Notes: generated from the sequence alone by a model not told the origin. A stretch of 64,000 nt of DNA from Methanomassiliicoccaceae archaeon (GCA_040776945.1 JAXGZN010000001.1:640001-704000); one strand, 5' to 3'; shown: positions 39,238 through 50,600, counted from the first letter of the stretch. Translations and numbers: made by a program.

Positions 39238-40308
39238 ATGCCGATGAGACCGCGGGAGAGGATGGAGGCGGCGCTGCGAGGGGGAGCGCCGGACCGCGTC
39301 CCGGTGTTCCTGCGCGACCTCACCCTGGGCCTCGATGTCATCGGCGTCCCCACCCCGGAGGTGTGCTCTGGCAAGTTCAACGCCGAGCTGTCATCCAGGG
39401 CGGTGGTGGCAACGCAGCGAGCGCTCGGCCACGACGCGGTGGTCGGCAGCATCCAGTTCTGCGGGCTGGAGACCGAGATGCTGGGCGGCGAGCTGCATTT
39501 TCCAGAGCGGACGATACCGACGATCCTACACCCGCCGTTCGCTTCCCCCGAGGACGTGGACCGTGCCGAGCTGCCCGACCCCCTGAGGGACGAGCCGCTC
39601 TCGAACGTCGTGAAAGCGTACGAGCTCACCTCCTCGAGCGTCGGCGATGAAGTGGCCATTCTGGGCAACATCGAGGGTGCGGTGACCAAGGCGGGGATGC
39701 TCCGCGGGCTCGAGGCCCTGCTCATGGACCTGCTGACCGACCGCGGGTTGGCGGAGCGGACGATCGAGTTCGCCGCCCGCATGGGCGAGGATCTCGCTGA
39801 CGCGCTCGCATCACATGGTGTGAACAGCGCGCTGTTCGTCGCCGCCGCTTCCGACAACCCGGACATAATAGGCCCGGATGATTTTCGAAGGTACTCGCTT
39901 CCCGGGCTGAGGCGAGTGGTGGACGTCGTCAACGCTAACGGGCTGCCGACGGTGTTCCATCCCCATGGCATCTTCACCGAGCCGATGTTCTCGCCCCTGG
40001 TGTCGGAATCGATCGCGCAGGGCATCGCCGGCTTCCAGTTCGCCGAGCGCAACGACCTCGCGTTCGCGAAGCGGGAGTGGGGGAATGTGACATGCATACT
40101 GGGTGGAGTGGACGCGTTCACCACGCTGCTCCTCGGCCCGGAGGAGCGCATAATCAGGGAGACGGAGGACTGCCTTCGATCGTGCGGACCGTCTGGCTAT
40201 GTCATGATGTGCTCCTGCTCGCTGCACCGCGGCATGCCCCTTGGGAACGTCAAAGCGATGGTCGACGCCTGCCGCCGGTGGGACCCCGACCGCTTGAGAT
40301 CACCTTGA
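39238..40308 (+). CDS. Uroporphyrinogen decarboxylase/MtaA-CmuA superfamily protein
   Basis: RERM..AL.G..PDRVPV, RGLEALLMDL, LGGVD..LL.G, CSC..P..NV.AM. Confidence 0.85.
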   Translation: MPMRPRERMEAALRGGAPDRVPVFLRDLTLGLDVIGVPTPEVCSGKFNAELSSRAVVATQRALGHDAVVGSIQFCGLETEMLGGELHFPERTIPTILHPPFASPEDVDRAELPDPLRDEPLSNVVKAYELTSSSVGDEVAILGNIEGAVTKAGMLRGLEALLMDLLTDRGLAERTIEFAARMGEDLADALASHGVNSALFVAAASDNPDIIGPDDFRRYSLPGLRRVVDVVNANGLPTVFHPHGIFTEPMFSPLVSESIAQGIAGFQFAERNDLAFAKREWGNVTCILGGVDAFTTLLLGPEERIIRETEDCLRSCGPSGYVMMCSCSLHRGMPLGNVKAMVDACRRWDPDRLRSP

Positions 40309-40338
40309 GCTCGGAGCTCGCTTCTCCTCTCATTGGAC

Positions 40339-41718
40339 TCAGCAGAACCAATGGGCGCGAGGCTCGCAGGAGCGGTGGGCGACGATGGTCTTCTTCTTAG
40401 TGAACATCTGCAGCCTGCTCATCGACGAGGGGATGCCGCTCTGCTTCCACCCCTGGAAGTACTCGCCGCCGGGCAGCGTGCGGACGCACTCGTTGATCCA
40501 AACGTTGCCGACCTCGAGACGATTAGCGACGTCGAGGCCATCCTTAGGGTCTGATGTCCACACTGTCGCCCCCAGCCCGTACCTCGTGTTGTTGGCCAGG
40601 GCGATCGCTTCCTCATCATCGCGGACGGCGCGCACCGGGCACACCGGCCCGAAGGTCTCCTTTCGCACGAACTCGAGAGCGTCGTCCGTGTGCCGGAGCA
40701 CGGTCGGAGGGTAATAGAACCCAGGACCTTCAGGGATCTCGCCCCCGAACAGCAGCTCTGCGCCACGATCGACGGCATCCCGGACGACGCGGTGCACCTC
40801 ATCTCGGGCTTCCCCGCGTATCAGCGGGCCGACGTCCTCATCGAGGCTCAGGCGCCCGGCGATGCTGACCAGGCGACCCAGCAGCTCGTCGGTCACGGCC
40901 TCGTGCGCGTACACCCGCTTTATGCGCACGCACACCTGCCCCCCGCGGCTGAAGGTGCCGTAGGCGATGCCCCTGGCCGCCTGCTCGATGTCGGCGTCCT
41001 GGCGCACGATGCTGGCGTCGTTGCCCGAGAGCTCGAGGATCAGGGGCTTGATGCCGGCGTTCCTCGAGATGTCCAACCCGGTCTCGATTCCTCCGGTGAA
41101 GACGATGGCGTCGAGGTCGGAGGTGACCATCAGCTTCCCGATGTCCGCTCCCCCGACCACCGGGACGTAGAGGTCCTTGGGATAACCGGCCTCGCAGACC
41201 AGCTCGGCGATCTTCAGCCCGGACAGCGTGGACAGCTCCGACGGCTTGAACACCACGGCGTTGCCGGCGAGCAGCGCCGGAATGGCGGTGATCATCGTCT
41301 GCCAGAAGGGGAAGTTCCAAACTCCGATGTGGCCGATGACGCCGTGCGGGAGGAACGATATCGTCGCGTCGGTGGACGTCCATGATGAAGGAAGAGGATA
41401 CGGGCGGTCTCCCGTGGCCAGGTGCTCCTCGATGTAGTGATCGATCCCCGAGAGGGCGCTGTTGTACGCCCCAATCAGCGCCTTCTTTGGTATGCCGACC
41501 TCCTCGTGCATGAGGCCCACGACCTCATCGCGGCGGCGGAGGCAGACCGCTTCCAGGTCCTTGATCAGCGTGGCACGATCCTCCCGTGAGGTGCCGCGGT
41601 ACCACTCCTTCTGGCAACGCCTCGCCCGGGCCAGGGCGTCGCGGAGCTCGGCCGGTGTGGACGATGCGATCTCTCTTATTATCTGCCCCGTGCGGGGGTT
41701 GACGGAACGGACGACCAC
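40339..41718 (-). CDS. Aldehyde dehydrogenase family protein
   Basis: WNFP, KPSE, FTGG, LELSGND, GQVC, ETFGPV, GWKQSG. Confidence 0.93.
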   Translation of the reverse strand: MVVRSVNPRTGQIIREIASSTPAELRDALARARRCQKEWYRGTSREDRATLIKDLEAVCLRRRDEVVGLMHEEVGIPKKALIGAYNSALSGIDHYIEEHLATGDRPYPLPSSWTSTDATISFLPHGVIGHIGVWNFPFWQTMITAIPALLAGNAVVFKPSELSTLSGLKIAELVCEAGYPKDLYVPVVGGADIGKLMVTSDLDAIVFTGGIETGLDISRNAGIKPLILELSGNDASIVRQDADIEQAARGIAYGTFSRGGQVCVRIKRVYAHEAVTDELLGRLVSIAGRLSLDEDVGPLIRGEARDEVHRVVRDAVDRGAELLFGGEIPEGPGFYYPPTVLRHTDDALEFVRKETFGPVCPVRAVRDDEEAIALANNTRYGLGATVWTSDPKDGLDVANRLEVGNVWINECVRTLPGGEYFQGWKQSGIPSSMSRLQMFTKKKTIVAHRSCEPRAHWFC

Positions 41719-41929
41719 GAAGCTCTAATCCCGTGGCCGGTATTGATGCTTTGTCCGCCGGAGTCGAGCGATAGTCTCGAATCTATTCCGTTGAAGCTCT
41801 AGATCACAACTCCACGACCTCCGCGCGCTTGCGGTCGATGAACCGCTTCCGCGTGCCGTTGCCGGAGCCCTTGTGAACGACCTTGACGCCCCAGGCTTTC
41901 TGCATGGTCTCCACCGACGCCATGATCAA

Positions 41930-42110
41930 TTACGCTGGCCTGGGACCGGACTTCCGCCGCCAGCCTGGTAAGTATGGCCCCGAGGCCGGCCGCCCAGTCG
42001 ACCACTCCGTCCCAGATGTCCTCGATGATCGAGGTCAGCGGATCGAGGATAGTATCGCGGACGAGGTCGATGAGCCACGTCGCGAGCGAGGTCGTCTGCT
42101 TATTTACGAT
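41930..42110 (-). pseudogene. Degenerate orphan tip cassette 4
   Basis: SLATWLIDLVRDTILDPLTSIIEDIWDGVVDW.. aligns by eye with FVTWAIEFITDLVTDIFGPFIDDV.. of the other cassettes. Confidence 0.55.
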
Positions 42111-42131
42111 CTCGGTTCCGGCTTAAACGGA

Positions 42132-42566
42132 TCAGTAAGGCCGGTTCTTCCAGTCTCTTGGCAGCTCCGGCAGAGGACCGTGATACCTCTGGTACGCCGA
42201 TCTCATGGCCAACCCGATGTCGTAGGTCACGAGGATGGTCGATCTCTTTTTCTTCAGCCGTATTATACCTCTTCTCTTGTCCTTGCCGGTCACGGTGGTG
42301 TACTTGTTAGGAGAGACGTAGATCCACGCTATGTCTTCCCATCGGACGTCCTTTGGTTTAAAAAACGGTATTCGAGTTTCACCCCATCCTTGTCGATTCG
42401 CACTCGCAGCGGCCTTGAGACGTATTCCGTCTGTACAATAATAATTGGGACCATCAGGCTGCCGAAAAATCCGTATATCAGGAGAAGCGGGTTCGGCACT
42501 ATGATATATAATTGAAAAAATGACCATCGGGCTAAAAGCGCGGCATTCGTTACCTAAAGTAGCCAA
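42132..42566 (-). pseudogene. Frameshifted 2-TM + PH-like partner (immunity-like) gene
   Basis: Alternative frame gives LLLIYGFFGSLMVPIII..RPLRVRIDKDGVKLEYRF, joined at a T6 run to KPKDVRWEDI..MRSAYQRYHGPLP. Confidence 0.6.
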
Positions 42567-42586
42567 ACAAAAGGAAGGAATGCCGC

Positions 42587-43593
42587 ATGAAATACTCTAG
42601 TTAGATACATAAAGATTGCACGACCGCCTGCGCGGTCAGCGCAGGCGGGAAGGCCGTGATGAGCGCCGAGGTCACCACCGACGCTGCCGGCCTCAGCGAA
42701 CTGCACGCGCGAATGAACGGTTGCGAGTACAGCGTGATGATGGAATCGAGCACCTACTCATACGTCGCCTATCGATTCTTCGAACGACTGGGCATCGAGA
42801 CGCACGTGGTCCACGCTCGTAGCTTGAAGATGATCACTGACAGCGACAAGAAGACCGACCGCTCGGACGCGGAATGGATCGGCCGCTGCCTGCGGCTGTG
42901 GAAGCTCGGCGAGATCGAGCTTTCGATGTCTTACTTTCCGACGGAGGTCGAGGCGGAGCTCAAGGACCTCTGCCGGTACAAGGAAGAGCTATCCTCCAAG
43001 CTGGGCGACGACGTGCGACGAATAAGATCGCACATGAGCCGCAATTGCCTGGAACTACCTCCACAGTTCCAGAACCTGTCGACCAGGAAGTCCAGGAACT
43101 TCATCATCGTGACATACGCGAACGATTACACCTTGGTGAAGCGAGTGAGCGGCTACGCCTCGCTGCTCATCGAGTCAGAACAAGTAGTCAAGGAGATCGA
43201 GAGCAGGGGAGCGAACGACATGAACGTCGAACTGCTTGAATCTATACCGGGCATAGGACGGCAGACCGCCGTGCAGCTGATGTCGATGATAGTGGACGTG
43301 ACCAGGTTCAAAGATCCCGAGCGGCTTTGCGCATACTTCGGCATGGTGCCTCGAGTTCGCGATTCGGGAGGCAAGGAACATCATGGCCGCATGACGACGA
43401 GGACAACATGATGCGCTCGATCATGGAACGAGTTACTTCGAGCCATATCCACTTCTGCGATTCGACGATAACCGCATACTTCGAACGCAAAGCGAAGGAG
43501 ATGGGGAACAAGAAGGCGCTCACTTCGGCAGCGAGGAAAATGCTGGTCGTGATCCACACGGTTCTGATGAGGAAAACGCCGTTCACCGCCTGA
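42587..43593 (+). mobile_element. IS110-family transposase, frameshifted near both ends
   Basis: HKDCTTAC, MES, KKTDRSDA, LESIPGIG..TA, AYFGMVP...DSGG, AARKML..I..VL; frame change near 43400. Confidence 0.88.
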
Positions 43594-43918
43594 GCTACCT
43601 CAGGCGGTCTTACGTCCGATGTGCGCTCAACGAGATAAGAGGATAAGGACCGAGGACCATGCCGTCGACTGCTTTTGCGGGCCTTGAACGGATGCCGCCT
43701 TTAAAAATCATCGAGCTCAAAAGGTCCAGGCCTGGAATGTCATACTGCGGATCTTGCCGCCAAAGTAAATTAGGTTGTTCCTCGAACTCGGGAACACGCT
43801 CACGGACGAGCTTGCATAGCGTAAGCTATAAACAATGGGCATCACAATTCAGTAAAAGCCGCACTTTTAGCCTAAGTAAATCAGTGGATCGTGACAAAGG
43901 GCATCTTACGGGCCTCCC

Positions 43919-44188
43919 TTATGCGATATATATTAAGACCAGGGGATCACCGATCTGCACTTCCTTCGGGCGCCTTATAACCCCGAGGTAGGTGATTGGG
44001 ACGAGGAGCAATAGGGCAATAGCGGTGAAGAAAAAGATGCCTACCAATTGTGCCGCCCAGAAATCGGTGATGATGTACATTAACAGGCCGATGCAAAATA
44101 GGAAAATGGAGGAGAAAATCGCCAGGCCCATGAAATGGATGTCAGGGGGGTTTCTTATTTGTACCCTACTTTTCTCTGCGCCTTTCAT
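43919..44188 (-). pseudogene. Truncated 2-TM partner (immunity-like) gene
   Basis: Two TM helices then RRPKEVQIG, matching the layout of the neighbouring partner genes; premature stop. Confidence 0.6.
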
Positions 44189-44192
44189 GCAA

Positions 44193-44663
44193 TCATCTAC
44201 TCATAATAAGTTCATCGCCAGGCAAAGTTCTCATCATCATTTTTTCATATTTCGCCTTGATGTCTGTCGCTAGTCGACTAGGGATTATATACGGATACAA
44301 CCGACCAGAGGCATACAGATGGCGCTCGTCCTTAAGTCCGATCGTTGTCTGCCTTTTCATTGATAGCTTACGAATATCTGAAAAACGAATTAAGACATCT
44401 GGCCCGACTACGAACCTCATGCAAATTTGGTTCTCCATAACAATGACAACTTTAGGCTTCAGACGATATTCCCTATAAGATGAGACGATTATTGGAGGCA
44501 CCCCGATAAACAGGGAGAGAAATATTCCACCTATGCCCCATACGCCGGCTAAAAATAGGAAAATGCCGCCAATAAGGAAACAAAGTCCAATGAGAATAAT
44601 AAAATAAAACTCAAATGGTTTTCCATTGTCGATTGAGCAAAGGCGCTCTTCCGTCTCACTCAT
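44193..44663 (-). CDS. 2-TM + PH-like partner (immunity-like) protein of cassette 3
   Basis: ATG 2 nt after cassette stop; 2 TM, KPKVVIV, IRFSDIR, IKAKYEKMM. Confidence 0.75.
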   Translation of the reverse strand: MSETEERLCSIDNGKPFEFYFIILIGLCFLIGGIFLFLAGVWGIGGIFLSLFIGVPPIIVSSYREYRLKPKVVIVMENQICMRFVVGPDVLIRFSDIRKLSMKRQTTIGLKDERHLYASGRLYPYIIPSRLATDIKAKYEKMMMRTLPGDELIMSR

Positions 44664-44665
44664 TT

Positions 44666-45469
44666 TCAATCCCAATCACACCCCTCATATGACATCCATG
44701 CACCTATTCCACCGAATATGAGCGAGATGCCGCCCATATATGGGTCTACTACCGCTCCCGCAAGCGATATGATTAAGGATTCTATCGATATGAAGAAACC
44801 GATTATACCCATCGCAGCATCATTGGCGATGACCGAGTAGAGACCTAAAGCTAATGCGATTATGCCATCGGCTAGAATGATGCCGGACAAGATTTTTGTG
44901 GTAGAGACATAAAGCAGATCGGCAACGCCCAATATGCTAGTGAATACCCCCACGGCTGCAGCCCCCAAAGCCCAAGCGGTCTCGTCCGGAACCTGTTCGG
45001 TCCCGCCATTAGACGCGACATTGTAGGTCCAAGCTTGCCATGGCGCGACTCCATACATTGGAGTTCCCTGATCCCACTGAGCGGTAGACTGTATTCCTAA
45101 AGCATTATAAGCTATCACACCGACAATGCCCATCATCATGTAACCTACTAGGTTGGATGCTCCGAGCGTAATCACTTGGACCGATGTGCTCACGACCTTC
45201 GCAAGGACCGCTACAATCGAGAGAGCGGAATAGAACTCTCCATGAATGGCATCGGCAAGTTTGTTCGCAGTTCTTGGATCTATTGACCCAGATGTTTCCA
45301 GTTCTTCAACCACTAGGTGAGCCATGGACTGAACATGCTGGCAATATTGCATCCATTGCTCTCTAATCATATCGATGAGCGGGCTGAATACTTCTTCAAT
45401 AACGTTGTTAATGAACTCGATCGCCCACGTCACGAACGCCTGGAGAGCGTCGATGATGTCGTCGATCGC
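44666..45469 (-). pseudogene. Start-less orphan tip cassette 3 (multi-TM)
   Basis: Frame opens directly after the previous gene with AIDDIIDALQAFVTWAIEFI, then a divergent hydrophobic tip. Confidence 0.8.
45411..45444. repeat. 34-bp cassette-junction repeat, copy A
   Basis: ATGAACTCGATCGCCCACGTCACGAACGCCTGGA; identical at 46693-46726, 30/34 at 48409-48442, 31/34 inverted at 51206-51239. Confidence 0.95.
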
Positions 45470-45473
45470 TCAA

Positions 45474-45923
45474 CTACCGGCCTTGGTACTCCGGCGGATA
45501 GCGGCCCATGGCCTCGCGGTACTTGGCCCGGACGGCCTCGCTGATCTCGTAGCTGAGAGGATATGGACACATTTTCCCGTGGAGGAAGACGGAACCGCCC
45601 CTGGCCCACCGGCCCATGAACGTCGAGGAATTGCCGGGGTCCGAGTACACCGACTTGACCTGAGACCATCGAACCTCATTTTTCCTCGATAATGGAAATT
45701 GGAAGATGATGCCATCATCATTGATGTCGATGAGCTTTGGGAATCGGAGATAGTTCCTATCAAGGTTAGCTAAATAGAAGACAGATGGTAGGAGAATCGC
45801 GACTACCAGAGACAATAGGCCCCCTCCATCTAGATAGAAAGTCAGGCCAATGATGAGCAATATAGTGGCAATAATAAACAACCACGCCACATCCTTGGTC
45901 TGTCTCGGATTATCATATCTCAT
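45474..45923 (-). CDS. 2-TM + PH-like partner (immunity-like) protein of cassette 2
   Basis: ATG 4 nt after cassette stop; 2 TM, PKLIDINDDGI, VRWSQVKSVY, VRAKYREAMGRYP. Confidence 0.78.
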   Translation of the reverse strand: MRYDNPRQTKDVAWLFIIATILLIIGLTFYLDGGGLLSLVVAILLPSVFYLANLDRNYLRFPKLIDINDDGIIFQFPLSRKNEVRWSQVKSVYSDPGNSSTFMGRWARGGSVFLHGKMCPYPLSYEISEAVRAKYREAMGRYPPEYQGR

Positions 45924-45927
45924 GTCA

Positions 45928-46775
45928 TCACTCCAGCGACTTTATAGAGCAGTAGATACCCACGCCCCCGAACAACGCCGACATGCCGGCGACGATCCTC
46001 GCCGATGGCAACGGTGTCATCCAGTGGAGACTGCCGAGTACACCAGCGGCACCGCGGACACGAAGATCGCCACCACCGAGAGGTTGAAGCTCCCGACGGC
46101 CATGGCGAGCCATCCCAGAGCGGAGCCCACGATGCTCAGCGCCAGGTAGAACGCCTCCTTCATGACCACCGCTCCGCTCAGCACCAGACCTCCGGCGCCG
46201 ACGAAGGTCCCGAGGATGCTCATGCATCCCCCGAACGCGCCCCAGGCCGTTTGCTCTTTTGACGAGGTGAAGGTCCAATCGCATAGTGACTCCAACACTA
46301 CCCTGGTCCAGGTCCTCAAGGTTTCCAGCGCATCGTCGACCGGACCGCTCAGCACCCCATCGTCCCCATTGATATATGAGAACACCTCGCTCAGTATCAG
46401 AGCAACGACCATCGGAGCGACGAACGCCACGATCATCCCGTAGACGCTGGTCACCGGGGTCAGGGCAATGAGCAGGATGTCGATTACGACCGCTATTCCC
46501 ATCAGCACCGTGAACAGCTCTCCGGTGAGCGCGCTGCCGAGAGCGCGCTGAGAGCCATCGCTGACCGTGCCGGTGCCGGAGAAGTCCAGGGCAGCCCGGT
46601 CGACCGCTGCGTTCACTCCTTCCAGATAATCGAAGATGTAGCTCTTGACGTCATCGATGAACGGCCCGAATATGTCGGTCACCAGATCGGTTATGAACTC
46701 GATCGCCCACGTCACGAACGCCTGGAACGCGTCGGCGATCTCGTTAACAGCCTGGACGAAGCTCGACGCGAGATT
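45928..46775 (-). pseudogene. Orphan tip cassette 2 (multi-TM), frameshift near 46030
   Basis: VQAVNEIADAFQAFVTWAIEFI..; last helix IVAGMSALFGGVGIY lies in another frame and resembles ISLIFGGIGAW of cassette 3. Confidence 0.8.
46693..46726. repeat. 34-bp cassette-junction repeat, copy B
   Basis: Identical to 45411-45444. Confidence 0.95.
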
Positions 46776-47038
46776 ATGGGGCGCTGATCCATGAAGACCA
46801 TCCAGTCGCAGATAGTTCTTACAAGTCGTCGATCGCTTCTCCCTTTGCTTGCCCGATTGTGCCCAGGCTCTCATTGCCTTGCTCATCATTCATCGGTAGA
46901 CTCAATGGATATCGGCCCATGTGCTCTCGATACGCTTCCCTAACTACGTGGTGATGGACCGCTTCATCGGAGAGTACCTCGCCTGTGCGTTCAAGAGGAG
47001 GTAGCCGTCCTTGGTGTGCCATCGATGCTTAGTCTTCA

Positions 47039-47665
47039 TTAATATGATGGCTTGCCATCCATATACTTAGTCATCCTCCCTATTCCGATCCCCTTATCCA
47101 GGACTGGGACCATCCAGTGCTCTCTGATCGCTTCGGTCAGGGTGATGATCTGGCCGGGAGGCTTGGGGCCAGAACGATACTGCTTGCCCCTCACCGTTAT
47201 CACCACGAAACCGATGGGCGCATCCTCCCAGAGAAGATCGCTGCGATTATTCACGTTCTGGCGTAGCTTGCCCCTCACGACTTCAATCAAAGTGACCTCG
47301 TCCCGGGGCACGAAACCGTCGAAGCCGAGTAAACGTTGGTACAGGAACGTATACATCTCGATGCCGTTCGACCTTAACCTCGTCTTCGTTGATGCTAGTC
47401 TCATATCACGGAAGTGATACTCACTGACCCATAGGAGAAGGACGATCCCTGAGCCTCCGCCGATAGCGGCTACATACCTCACATCTTCTCCACCGTAGAT
47501 TACGAGGTTTCCCATTAAAATGAGAATCGAAATGACACCCATTCGTATTAACCAAACGAAGGACATCACTTGAAGATGGTTTTGCAAGGTGGAGTCCAAG
47601 ACAAAGGGGGGCAATTGCTCCTCAAACAGGACCTCACCATCTGAAATACGTTTAGTTTCACGCAT
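47039..47665 (-). CDS. 2-TM + PH-like partner (immunity-like) protein of the main gene
   Basis: ATG overlaps the end of the 1164-aa ORF; two TM helices then a beta-rich domain (LRSNGIEM, VPRDEVTLIEV). Confidence 0.75.
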   Translation of the reverse strand: MRETKRISDGEVLFEEQLPPFVLDSTLQNHLQVMSFVWLIRMGVISILILMGNLVIYGGEDVRYVAAIGGGSGIVLLLWVSEYHFRDMRLASTKTRLRSNGIEMYTFLYQRLLGFDGFVPRDEVTLIEVVRGKLRQNVNNRSDLLWEDAPIGFVVITVRGKQYRSGPKPPGQIITLTEAIREHWMVPVLDKGIGIGRMTKYMDGKPSY

Positions 47666-50600
47666 TCCTAGCCCTCTCAGCAGCCGTGTATAGACTGAAC
47701 GTCGAAACGCTGATATCAAATATGGCAAAGCCCAATAAGAATTTACCTACAGTCGGTAGCTTTACTGGTTTTACCAAATATATGGCGAATCCAAGTATGG
47801 ATAAAACAAATCCAATGCAACTCAGTTGCAAAGATTCCAGCGGATTCTCGACTGCCAACGACCATAGTGCTAAAGCGAAGCCGATGGTAGCAATGGCAAA
47901 TGATACGACTCCCAATGGATCGATGGCCATCAGCATCTGTATCTTTTCCGCCAAGAAATTGAAGATGGAGATGGAAAGCCCCAGGACTATTTCAATCTGG
48001 CTTGCTAGTTCGCTCCCGATGATGGTTTCCATCTGATTGCGCAGTTGATCGCCCCCGTTTATCAAACTCAATGGATTGAACCCTAATGCCGTTTGCAGAA
48101 CCGTGCTGACCATTAGCGTCAGCACCAAGGGGATGACTACCTCATTTATCAAGAATGAATATGGCATGAGCACGACGGACAGGATCATAATCGCCGCTGT
48201 TACCGCTGTAGCCACAATCATCAGGGCATCGATCATGTCAATGATGGGCGCTCCGATGGTAGCAGCCCCTTCATTCTCAGTCATACTCCCAGACTGTATG
48301 GATTGTGTTGCAACTGTAAGTAGCGATGAAATTACTCCGCAAGCTCCTGAACTCCCAATGCCGAGATTGCCTAAAACGCTCCCTACCGCCGTCTCTATTG
48401 TATCCGTGATGAAGTCGATCGCCCAGTCCACGAACGCCTGGAACGCGTTCACTATCTTCGTCACCGCCGTCTGTATGACCGATATGTAGGCGTTCGTGAT
48501 GGTGCTTATCAGCTTCACCCCGGCCTCGTACACCATCTCGGCGAGGTTGTAGAGCGTGGTGCCGATGGCGACGAGGCAGTCGAAGACGAACTCGAGGACC
48601 TCGCCGACGGTCAGATAGTCAGGCGCTTCACCTAGAGGTGACGACTGGATATTGTACGGTAACCTCGATTGGATATCGGCCGGCAGGTGGAGCAGGTACA
48701 GGTTGCTGGGCGAGATCACCACGCTGTTGCCGATCTGCGCGTTGGTCGGATCGTGCGTCAGCTTCCCTAGCAACTCTTCCGCCGCATAATTGCTCATCGT
48801 TTTCTCGAACACTGCAACGATGTGTCCTGAGCTGAACGCCTGCGAACCATCGGTCGAGTAGAACGATCCGCCGGAGAGCTCGCTCCCTGAGGGATTGGAG
48901 GTCAGCACATCGCTGAACTTTGATTCGAGCGCTAGGTAGCGAGGGACTATGATGGTGTTCACGCCGGGAGAGAAGTGCGCGCTAGATCCTTGGACAGTAA
49001 CGTACAGCATGTATACCTGCCCGTCGGCAGTATACCGGTAGTTGTTCGCGCCGATGACGTAGAGGTCGCTGTTCTCCTCGGTCGAATTGACGATGATGAG
49101 GTTGCTCTTCGGGGCGATCGCCGTCTCGACGAAGAATCCCACCTCACACTCGCTGTTCACGTTAAACCAGCCATCGCTTAGATCGCCATGTGAATAGTAC
49201 TCGGTATGTCCGTTGCTGTAGTAGAAAGTGAACGGATAATCGCAATGATTTGGGTCCGTGTCCTCCATGTCCAGCTTGATATCGTCGTATGCGGGAGGAT
49301 TGCCGGCGTTATCGGCCACCGCCATCATCACGAAACCCTTGCTCGTTCCGGTATCGTCCACCTGGATGTAATAGTTGAAGTTGAAGTACCGGTCCTCGTG
49401 CGTGTACACGTCGTACAGACGCTCGGTGGACAATGCGATCGTAGAATCGGTCACATCGTCGTAATAGGTAAGGACGAAGAAGATGTCGTGCACGTTACCC
49501 CAGTTTATGTCTTCCCACAGATTGAGGAAGTTGATGTTCACGTGCAGCATCATGTCCCCGAGATACTTGTCCACATTGTCTCGGAAGCCGTCCCCGTCGG
49601 TGTCCGCGCAGGTGGGGTCGAGAGGCTGGTTGCACGGCGTGATGCCCTCGATCTCGTCACGGTCCCAGATGCCGTCCCCGTCGGTATCATAGAGCACCGG
49701 GTTGGTGATCCACCCGTCCTCGCCGAAGCTCACCTCTTCGCCGTCCCAGATGCCGTCCCCGTCAGTATCTTTGACCAATGGGTTCGTTTTCCCCTCAAGC
49801 TGCAAGATGACGTACTGCACCTGGCCGTCCGATCCCGCGTAGTTCTGATCGGCGACCATGAACTCGAAGGTGCCTCCCTGGCGATAGAGCGAGATCGTAT
49901 AGTGCGGCGACAACGGTATGTAGGTCTCGAACACGTTCGCCCCGACATTCCATTGATCGTAGAGGCACAGGTTAGGCAAACCGGAGCCGACCTTGTACAT
50001 CCATACTTCGATGTCCTGGGCGCGGTCGGTGACGATGCCGACGTGCACCCTGACCGCGGTGATCTCCACCGACGCAGGAATGGAGGGGATGGTGATGGAC
50101 ATTATCGCACGGTCGCTCCACGAGCCGTTGGGCACTTTGTAGAACTTGTCGGTGGACCAGCTCTGCGACCATCGTTCCGCGCCGTCCATCAGGCCGTCGT
50201 CATCGGTGTCGGGGTCCCAAGGACTGGTGTGGCCGTAGATCGTTCCGAAGTATCCCTCGTCGGCGTCCTTGAGGCCGTCGGAGTCGGTATCGTCGGAGAA
50301 CGGATCGAGGTACCTATCGTTGGTCCGATCCGCTTCCATGCGATCGACCGCACCGTCGTTGTCGCTGTCGATCAGCAAGTGAAGCTCGGCGACCGACACC
50401 GAGGCGGTGCCGATCTTGAACAGGATGTTCAGCTGGGTGCCCCACATGTAATCGACGAAGGTCGAGGGATCGATGCGGAACGACGCGGTGGTCCACGAGG
50501 AACTCGCCTGAATGGTTTTCACGTCGACGAACGAAGTGCCGGTCCATTGCGATACCACGAACTGATTCTGGGAGCGATACACCAGCTCGACCTCGTGGAA

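Noticed and set aside
45411-48442. 34-bp repeats as a CRISPR array or a DGR template/variable repeat
   Set aside because: Spacing is 1.3-1.7 kb, the repeats are protein-coding, mismatches are not adenine-specific, and no cas or reverse transcriptase gene is visible.
49662-49763. 21-bp direct repeat GTCCCAGATGCCGTCCCCGTC
   Set aside because: It simply encodes part of two DTDGDGIWD calcium-binding repeats.
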